A DNA stretch of 60,438 nucleotides. Origin: Thermoanaerobaculia bacterium (GTDB taxonomy: Bacteria > Acidobacteriota > Thermoanaerobaculia > UBA5066 > Gp7-AA6). Below, in pieces: positions 54,220 to 60,438 of the stretch. Positions within the stretch are counted from its first letter, which is position 1; every line of letters begins with the position of its first letter. The translations under genes were made by a program, and so were the position numbers. A model generated the notes under the pieces. The model saw only the letters and a program-made list of their open reading frames with translations, searched no databases and was not told the DNA's origin. The stretch lies in contig JBHENW010000200.1 in the NCBI GenBank assembly GCA_046261875.1, positions 1 through 60,438 of the forward strand, read 5' to 3'.

Positions 54220-54858
54220 CTAACGCGCGGAGGCGCCGGAGCTCGCGACGATCTCTTCCGCGATGCGCGATACGGCGTCGACGAGTCCGTGATCTCCCTG
54301 AGGGATCTCGATGTATCGCGACCCCTCGGCGAGACGTCCGGATTCCTCCCAACGGCGCCAGGTCTCCTGCACGATCTCTGGCGGCACGCTTTCGTCGGCG
54401 GCACCCATGATGAGGGTCACGGGTCTCGTCGGAGGATCGCGATCGACCGTCAGAGAGGCGAGCCTTTCGAAGAAGGCACGATGAATGGGGAGGTCCCGTC
54501 CCTGTGCGTAGTGAAAGAAAGTGAGCGGATCGTCCGCGGGCAGTTTGGCCGTCCAGCGGGACCCAAAGCCTATCGCCGGCGCGATCAGGAGGAGAGGCGC
54601 CGCCACCCCGCGCGGGCTGGCGGCCAGGGCGACCAGGGCGCCCAGGGAGCTGCCCACGACCACGACCGGACGGTGCACCTTGGATTCCCAGACGGCGATC
54701 TGCACCATCGCCTGGAAATCGAGCCGCCGAAACGACGGGGCATTCAGATCGGGCGCCACAAGGCGGAATCCTTTCGGGCCGAGGATTTCCCGGAGCGCGG
54801 TGACCTTCCTGCCCATCGGACCGGAAGCAAAGCCGTGCAGGTAGAGGACGGTCTTCAC
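54220..54858 (-). CDS. YqiA/YcfP-type alpha/beta hydrolase (esterase)
   Basis: YLHGFASG, VGSSLG nucleophile elbow, LLIAPA, GDHGL. GTG start at 54858. Confidence 0.85.
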   Translation of the reverse strand: MKTVLYLHGFASGPMGRKVTALREILGPKGFRLVAPDLNAPSFRRLDFQAMVQIAVWESKVHRPVVVVGSSLGALVALAASPRGVAAPLLLIAPAIGFGSRWTAKLPADDPLTFFHYAQGRDLPIHRAFFERLASLTVDRDPPTRPVTLIMGAADESVPPEIVQETWRRWEESGRLAEGSRYIEIPQGDHGLVDAVSRIAEEIVASSGASAR

Positions 54859-54923
54859 GGCGTCGAAGCGTACATCCCGGGTCGCGGCTGGCGCGCTAGA
54901 CTCCTCGCGAGGAGATCCCATCC

Positions 54924-55196
54924 ATGACGCGAAAGATCACGCGGCGCGCCGCCGGACGGCTGCTCGTTGCCGCTCCCGTCGCGCTCTCCCTCTCCGGCAC
55001 AGGAGCCGACGCACAGACGTCGCCGAAGCCCGCGCCGAAAGCGCCGACGCGGCCGAAGCCGGCGGCCCGTCAGCAGCGGGAGCTCGCCAAGGCAACCGAA
55101 GGCCTCGAGAAGGCCGCATCTGCGGTGCGGGCCATGAAGATCCCGATCGGGACCGAGCCGGCGTTCCTGTTTCGCCCATTCCGAAGCAAGGCATGA
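54924..55196 (+). CDS. Small twin-arginine-signal protein coupled to the amidase (GatC/AtzG-like partner candidate)
   Basis: KITRRAAG, hydrophobic h-region, ADA-Q cleavage site, C-terminal EPAFLFRP. ATGA overlap with the amidase. Confidence 0.68.
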   Translation: MTRKITRRAAGRLLVAAPVALSLSGTGADAQTSPKPAPKAPTRPKPAARQQRELAKATEGLEKAASAVRAMKIPIGTEPAFLFRPFRSKA

Positions 55197-56590
55197 CCCC
55201 CGAAGAAGCCCTCGCCCGCACGGTCGCCGATGTCGGGCCTGAGGTCCGCGCCGGCCGTCTCACGTCGGTGGCGCTGACGGAGGCTTCCCTCCGAAAGCTC
55301 GACACGGTCGGTCGAGAACTCGGCAGCGTTGCGTCCCTGTCCAGGGAGCAATCTCTCGAAGAGGCGCGGCGGGCCGACGGCGAGATAGCGGCCGGGAAGT
55401 ATCGAGGTCCCTTGCATGGGATTCCCTATGGCGCAAAAGACCTGCTGGCGACAGCGGGCTTCCCTACGACGTGGGGAGCCGGGCCCTTTAAGGGGCGAAT
55501 CCTCGAGCCGGACGCAACGGTGGTGAGGCGGTTGCGCGACGCCGGCGCCGTTCTCGTGGCCAAGCTCGCCATGATCGAGCTCGCGGGGGGGCTCGGTTAC
55601 AACATCGCCGCCGCTTCGGCGACGGGAGCTGCGAAGAACCCGTGGGATCGGAACCGCTGGACCTGCGGGTCCTCCTCCGGCTCGGGCGGGGCGACTGCAG
55701 CGGGTCTCGTCGGCTTTGCGATCGGTTCCGAAACCTGGGGATCGATCCTCTGTCCGTCGGCCTTCAACGGCGTGACCGGCCTGCGGCCCACCTACGGCCT
55801 CGTGCCGAGGACGGGAGGCATGGCGCTGTCCTGGACGATGGACAAGATCGGTCCCATGGCCCGATCCGCCGAGGACTGCGAGCTCGTGCTCGACGCCATC
55901 GCAGGCCACGACGCGGCCGACCCCGGATCGCTGCAGGAGACTCTACCGGCGCGGTCTGCCTCGGACGACCCCCGACGCTATCGAGTGGGAGCCTACCGGC
56001 CTTCCTTCGAGAAGTTCGGCAGCCAGGAGGTCGAGCGCGCTTTCGACGACGCGGTCAAGGTGTTCGACGGTCAGGGAATTCGTGTCAGCGACGTGAAGCT
56101 TCCCGATCTACCATTCGACCAGACCGCCATCCTCATCATCGTCGTCGAAGCCGCGGCGGCATTCGAGCCTCTCATCACCTCCGGACAGGTCCAGCGCCTG
56201 GCAGATCCCGGCGCCGACGTGAACTCCCGCGCGGCGCGCTCGATCCCCGGCGTGGACTACGTCCGGGCCATGCAGGCGCGCCGGATCTTGCAGCAGGAGA
56301 TGGCCAAGCTCTTCGAGACCTACGACCTCGTCATCTCCCCCACCGTTCCCATGCTGGCCACGAAGCTCGAGGAGAAACTCGAGGCCGCATTCGCCTACTC
56401 GGACCCCCTGGGATCAGGCGGCAACCTCGCGGGCTTGCCGGCGCTGTCGCTTCCCTGCGGGTTCTCGGCGAACGGTCTCCCGATCGGGATGCAGATCGTC
56501 GGCGCTCCGCTTAGTGAGAGGAAAGTTTTGGTGCTTGGGAAGTGGTTTCAGCGGGAGACGGAGTGGAATAGGCGGAGGCCGACCAGCTGA
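55193..56590 (+). CDS. Amidase-signature family enzyme
   Basis: GIPYGAKD, CGSSSGSG, GSETWGSILCPSAFNGVTGLRPT, GLPIGMQIVG. Confidence 0.92.
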   Translation: MTPEEALARTVADVGPEVRAGRLTSVALTEASLRKLDTVGRELGSVASLSREQSLEEARRADGEIAAGKYRGPLHGIPYGAKDLLATAGFPTTWGAGPFKGRILEPDATVVRRLRDAGAVLVAKLAMIELAGGLGYNIAAASATGAAKNPWDRNRWTCGSSSGSGGATAAGLVGFAIGSETWGSILCPSAFNGVTGLRPTYGLVPRTGGMALSWTMDKIGPMARSAEDCELVLDAIAGHDAADPGSLQETLPARSASDDPRRYRVGAYRPSFEKFGSQEVERAFDDAVKVFDGQGIRVSDVKLPDLPFDQTAILIIVVEAAAAFEPLITSGQVQRLADPGADVNSRAARSIPGVDYVRAMQARRILQQEMAKLFETYDLVISPTVPMLATKLEEKLEAAFAYSDPLGSGGNLAGLPALSLPCGFSANGLPIGMQIVGAPLSERKVLVLGKWFQRETEWNRRRPTS

Positions 56591-56644
56591 CGTCTATATG
56601 GTACGAGAGCCGAATCGGCTCCACTTCTTCTCGGCAAGCGATCG

Positions 56645-56665
56645 CTGGGCGACTACGGTCGCCAG
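56645..56665. terminator. Hairpin between the convergent amidase and TPR genes
   Basis: CTG(G)GCGAC-TACG-GTCGCCAG with a UNCG-type loop. A second palindrome GAGCCG-AAT-CGGCTC lies at 56607-56621. No clear U-tract. Confidence 0.35.
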
Positions 56666-56670
56666 TGGCT

Positions 56671-58086
56671 CTACGACTGAAATGGGTTTCGCCGTTGGAA
56701 CGTCTCTCGAAAGGCCCTAAGGCTGAATGTATCAAGGTCCTTCTGCTTCAAAGACTTTTCGAGAAGGGCAGCTGCAGCACGACCTTCTGGAGTCCTTCCT
56801 TCCTTTCGCAGGATAGGTAGGGCCCATCTTAACTCACTTGCCGCCTCCGATGGCAGATCAAGTAGAAGTGCGACCTCCGAGATCAAGACGGCGACATACG
56901 CGGCAAGCCAAAGCATATCCATAGAAACATACTGACCTTTAGCACGCCGAAACGCCCTCAAAGCTTCGGGGTGCATCGTCTGCACAGATAGGAATCCCCC
57001 GAGGATGGTCCAGAAGTCTGCGCTGCTGGCGGTTGGCTCGGTTCCCTCCAGCATCTGGGCCGCGGAGCGCAGAAACCCTGCTGCCTCCTCATGCCGGCTG
57101 AGTTCTACCAGGGAGTCGGCAAGTTGTGTAAGTACGCGGACCCGGAGTACCGGCCGCTCCTGCACGGAGTCATCGTTCAAAAGTGGCCTAAGTAAGTCAA
57201 CTGCTCGATCCGAGCGTCCTCTGATCTTCTCGGCCATGGCTTCGACGTGTTGGCACTTCGCAGCCCAAACCGGCATTGCGAACCGGTTGAGGATCGCGCG
57301 GACGTTCTGGGATTCTCTTACGACGTCGTCAAATTGATAGTTCAGGTACAAGATCGCCAGTCGAGAGAATGCGATCTTCGCGAGGCCAAAATCCGGATAT
57401 ACGGTATTTAGAAAGAATCCTTCCGCTTGGTTGAACCAATGGGAGGCATCGTCGAGCTTCCCCCGAAATCGCGCTGCCACTCCCGCCATCCAGGATAGTT
57501 CCGCTTTGAAGTACTCTCTCTCGTCAAACATGCCGGCGGGTTCTTTATAAAGTCCTTCCAAGCCTTCTAGTGCACGGCGCGTAGCTCGAGCGGGGGCGCG
57601 CTCCAAGTCTCTAGCTACAGTTGCGCAGTAATTGAAAAAGTTGCCAAGAGAGCCAAGGGGGAACGTCAGCCTTACGTCTGCCTGGTAGGCGTCGCCGGTT
57701 TGCTTGCGCAAAGAACGGAGAGTCTCTGGGTCCAGGCCGCAGGCCGTCCAGCCCATATCTGCCAATCCCCGGAGAAGCTGACGCATTTCCTCGTCGCCCG
57801 CGAGAAGTCCCGGAACCGCCACCCAGGTATAAACCTTATTTAAAACCGCGATATCTAGTCGCCTCTGCCGCCCAGGAAGAACAACATGCATCAATGCGTA
57901 CAGAACGTCCTTCAGGTCATCTCCAGCCACGGCGTGATAGCCGGTTCTCTCGGCAGTTACCTGGTGAAGAAGACGTTCTGCCTGTTGGATAGCCTCGGCA
58001 CGGCCGAGGCCCGTTCGAACGGCCCTGTCTCGGCTGACTGCTAGCCAACTTGGAATTAGCTCAATTAGCTCAGCATCAGTCGCCAA
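56671..58086 (-). CDS. TPR-like helical repeat protein (471 aa)
   Basis: A/L-rich helical repeats. Clear paralogy with 58615-59739 (FDEREY..ELSWMAG vs FDEKDY..ELARFAG). Confidence 0.8.
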   Translation of the reverse strand: MATDAELIELIPSWLAVSRDRAVRTGLGRAEAIQQAERLLHQVTAERTGYHAVAGDDLKDVLYALMHVVLPGRQRRLDIAVLNKVYTWVAVPGLLAGDEEMRQLLRGLADMGWTACGLDPETLRSLRKQTGDAYQADVRLTFPLGSLGNFFNYCATVARDLERAPARATRRALEGLEGLYKEPAGMFDEREYFKAELSWMAGVAARFRGKLDDASHWFNQAEGFFLNTVYPDFGLAKIAFSRLAILYLNYQFDDVVRESQNVRAILNRFAMPVWAAKCQHVEAMAEKIRGRSDRAVDLLRPLLNDDSVQERPVLRVRVLTQLADSLVELSRHEEAAGFLRSAAQMLEGTEPTASSADFWTILGGFLSVQTMHPEALRAFRRAKGQYVSMDMLWLAAYVAVLISEVALLLDLPSEAASELRWALPILRKEGRTPEGRAAAALLEKSLKQKDLDTFSLRAFRETFQRRNPFQS

Positions 58087-58432
58087 ATGGCTCCTCCACC
58101 TGAGGATCAGAGGATTGATCGGCTGATGGATCTCGCAGACTCCAAGTCTGCGTCAGGCGTGCTCGCCTCGCCGCTTTTCGCTGGAAGTTTGCAGAGAGAT
58201 TGTCGACGACTCGCGTCAACCAGGCTTTAGGGTTACCTTCCGCTCGTATTTTTCCAATGGCGAGCAGGAAAGCTTCCTGAACTATATCTCTAGCGTCCTC
58301 TTTGGAGAGACCGTGTTTCCACGTAGCCCTCCGAACAAGAGGCATGAAAAGGCGCGCGTGAAACTCTTCGAGCTGTTCTGAAGTGGCCGGTGGCCGGGGG
58401 TCCATGGGCGCCCGCCGAGCCTCCGAAGTCAC
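58076..58432 (-). CDS. Sigma-70 region-2-only (ECF-like) protein
   Basis: LVRRATWKHGLSKEDARDIVQEAF...NPKAWLTRVVDNLSANFQRK. The ORF ends about 25 aa later, with no room for region 4. Confidence 0.75.
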   Translation of the reverse strand: MTSEARRAPMDPRPPATSEQLEEFHARLFMPLVRRATWKHGLSKEDARDIVQEAFLLAIGKIRAEGNPKAWLTRVVDNLSANFQRKAARRARLTQTWSLRDPSADQSSDPQVEEPFGD

Positions 58433-58459
58433 TGAGATCCTACACCGCTCGCCACGGGC

Positions 58460-58486
58460 TTTTTTTTTCTCTCTCTCTCTCTCTCT
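58460..58486. repeat. Simple sequence repeat T9(CT)9
   Basis: Read directly from the sequence. A G8 run also lies at 58560-58567. Confidence 0.9.
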
Positions 58487-58586
58487 ACATTGTCACGAGC
58501 GACAGACCGCAGCACGTCAAGCCTTACCAGCGTCTCCGACACACCCGTAGCCGGCACTTGGGGGGGGCCAAGCGACGATTAACTCA

Positions 58587-58603
58587 GCCTCGCAAAGCGA
58601 GGC
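58587..58603 (-). terminator. Hairpin just downstream of the upstream TPR gene
   Basis: GCCTCGC-AAA-GCGAGGC, perfect 7-bp stem 12 nt past the stop at 58615. Weak U-tract. Confidence 0.4.
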
Positions 58604-58614
58604 CACCCAGCTAA

Positions 58615-59739
58615 TTAACGGTAGGAACTGGAGAGGCGTTCCCGCAGATCGCTGAGAGCTCTCGGATCAGCACGGCGCTGTCGCGCAGTCTCCTGAAGAA
58701 GTGCGACAGCAGCGGCGACCTCAGCGCCCAAGTCCGCCTTCGCTATCGCGGGCAAGGCTGCGAGGATCTCCCACTCCGCTTCCCGCGGCTTTCCCAGAGA
58801 TAAAAGGGTATCAGCGATAGCTAAACCGACGAAGGATTCAAAGTTGGCATGCCCGAGCTGGTGGTAGTCCGCCCGAGCAGCCCGATAAGCTTCCAGAGCC
58901 GCCTTTAGCCGTCCCTGCGCACGATAGGTCGACCCAATGCTCCACTTCAACTCTGCCACCGCAGTTGCTCTGCCATGCGCGGCGATGACCGGCACAGCCC
59001 TCTGATAGTAGGCTTGGGCCTGATCAAACTCGCCAAGACTTGCCGTGTAGTCACCCAGATGGACAAGAACCTGACCAAATAGGGATCTCTCAGGGGAGTC
59101 TTCCAAATCGGCGCAGAGTGTCAAGAACGCCTGAAAAGCGTCTTCGCCCCTTCCGGCAGCTCGTAGTGTCAGGGCGTGAACAAATCGCGTCTTGAAAGCT
59201 TCAGCAGACATTCCGAGCTTGGCAAAAGTGCGAAGAAGGTCCGGAATAAGGTCTAGGATTTCGTCATAGCGGTGCGTCTCGTACCTGACAGCAAGTCTCG
59301 CATACGCAACACTCGCTAAAAGAGGGCCGGGATTAATCGTATTCTGATACGCGGCGTCCGCGCGATCAAACCACCGTTCCGCCTTCTCGTACTCGCCTAT
59401 GGCGCGACACGCGGCGCCTGCGAACCGTGCGAGTTCGCCGCAAACATAATCCTTTTCGTCGAACAGGCCGAGAGGCTCCGATGAGCGCTGAACCCGGTTG
59501 AAGAGATCGGCCGCGGCTTCGCAGACCTCAGCGGGGGCTGTTTCCAGCAACTCCTTCAACAGATTGATCACCGCGAAGATGATCTCCGGCTGCCGGAGAT
59601 CGACAAAGATTGACTCGGGAGAGCGCCCTTCCCTAAGAGACTTCAGATATTCGCTCGCCGCCTCAATAGCGGAGGCGGCAGAAAGATTCTGTCGCCGTTG
59701 CCGGGGCGCGAACGGAAGGACCCGAGCTGCTTCAGGCAT
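58615..59739 (-). CDS. TPR-like helical repeat protein (374 aa)
   Basis: TPR-like units such as LGEFDQAQAYYQRA and QGRLKAALEAYRAA. Paralog of 56671-58086. Confidence 0.82.
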   Translation of the reverse strand: MPEAARVLPFAPRQRRQNLSAASAIEAASEYLKSLREGRSPESIFVDLRQPEIIFAVINLLKELLETAPAEVCEAAADLFNRVQRSSEPLGLFDEKDYVCGELARFAGAACRAIGEYEKAERWFDRADAAYQNTINPGPLLASVAYARLAVRYETHRYDEILDLIPDLLRTFAKLGMSAEAFKTRFVHALTLRAAGRGEDAFQAFLTLCADLEDSPERSLFGQVLVHLGDYTASLGEFDQAQAYYQRAVPVIAAHGRATAVAELKWSIGSTYRAQGRLKAALEAYRAARADYHQLGHANFESFVGLAIADTLLSLGKPREAEWEILAALPAIAKADLGAEVAAAVALLQETARQRRADPRALSDLRERLSSSYR

Positions 59740-60127
59740 CAGAACGTCGGAAGCTCAACAGCTCTAGGCTTCGCGAGAAATCTCCTGCCACATCACCCGG
59801 ATCCCGATCGAGAAGGCGCTTTAGCTTGTCGCTCGACTCTCTCGAACCGATCCCGACAAGGTACTTTTGGTACTCACGAGCGAATTGGCAACATGCAACG
59901 AGAAGGAAAGGTCTCAGGTCACGAGGGCTGCCAGCTCCAGGTCGTGAGCAGAACCGGGAAAACCAAACGTAGAGATCTTTTTCGAGTTCAACCGCCTCAG
60001 CCTCCTCGAGACCGTAATGGCTGACGAGGGCAATATGAATCAGGCCAAGCGTGTCTTGGAAGACTGTTTGGATTTCACCTTCAGTCTTCTCCTGCGGGGA
60101 TCCGACAGCCTCGTCAGAGATCTCCAT
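59732..60127 (-). CDS. Degenerate sigma-70 region-2-like protein
   Basis: ALVSHYGLEEAEAVELEKDLYVWF...LRPFLLVACCQFAREYQK aligns by eye with the 58076-58432 protein. AGGAAAGGA SD. 8-nt overlap with the TPR gene. Confidence 0.6.
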   Translation of the reverse strand: MEISDEAVGSPQEKTEGEIQTVFQDTLGLIHIALVSHYGLEEAEAVELEKDLYVWFSRFCSRPGAGSPRDLRPFLLVACCQFAREYQKYLVGIGSRESSDKLKRLLDRDPGDVAGDFSRSLELLSFRRSDA

Positions 60128-60438
60128 GCGTAGTCCTTTCTAGGAAGATTACGCAGAGAGTACACCTGTCCGGCAGGACAGTCAAACCGTTTGGCGAAAA
60201 AGACAATCGCCTCGCAAACCACTATTATTGAGTGGTTTAGATGCTAGTTAGGGATGCCGCCGACGAGACTCGTCAAGGCTGCTCCTTATTCGCCAATAGG
60301 CCCTGGCCCAATGCCGGGGCCGAAAACCGCGAAAAAACAGGTCTGCCGGCCCCGCGGCGCGGAAAAGCGCAGGCGGAATGCGGCATGCCCGAAACCTCCC
60401 CCCTCGCCACGCCGGTCGGAAAAACCCGGCTCAGCCTG

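Noticed and set aside
55193-56590. gatA (Glu-tRNA amidotransferase subunit A)
   Set aside because: No gatB is adjacent, the catalytic region reads GSETWGSI rather than the GatA-type GSDTGGSIR, and the partner has a Tat-like signal.
60040-60222. 60-aa ORF as a signalling-peptide precursor for the TPR proteins
   Set aside because: It overlaps the sigma-2-like gene out of frame, has no SD or signal-peptide features, and no convincing small peptide ORF was found in the other spacers.
1-60438. tRNA, rRNA, IS elements, integrases, prophage genes
   Set aside because: None recognisable by eye. Intergenic gaps are short, and no transposase/integrase motifs or terminal repeats were seen. A covariance-model scan was not possible.

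Overview
High-GC bacterial chromosome segment; gene content and synteny suggest Acidobacteriota, probably Thermoanaerobaculia-like (inference). Most of it is housekeeping: an envelope cluster (lysS-lolC/E-lolD-clpC-bamA-skp-lpxD-fabZ-lpxA-GnnA-like oxidoreductase-mtnP-PfkB kinase-ribH), plus hpt, RidA, ribF-rimO-asnS, a MacAB-type pump, signalling proteins and several metabolic enzymes. No rRNA, tRNA, CRISPR array or transposase/integrase was recognised. Three accessory loci stand out. (1) 26.3-31.7 kb: an arsenic-flavoured cluster of ArsR, ArsI-type C-As lyase, thioredoxin, DUF2064 transferase, a non-ArsS-like radical SAM enzyme with a Cys-rich tail, a degenerate CxC metallophosphoesterase, an AhpD-like protein with ExxC, and a flavin monooxygenase; this is a candidate new organoarsenical pathway. 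(2) 32.4-35.7 kb: a CxxC/RAPP (DUF2946/CruR-like) putative ribosome-arrest leader in front of a beta-barrel/SBP/permease metal-uptake operon with no ATPase gene. (3) 56.6-60.3 kb: a lower-GC block with two tandem, translationally coupled pairs of a sigma-70 region-2-only protein and a paralogous TPR-like protein, separated by simple-sequence repeats. Window-wide patterns are several probable CTG starts, many apparently leaderless TAnnnT promoters, and heptamer-repeat hairpins, one inside the lolD reading frame. All family assignments come from motif recognition by eye; no database searches were run. Many start sites were re-chosen from the ORF track.
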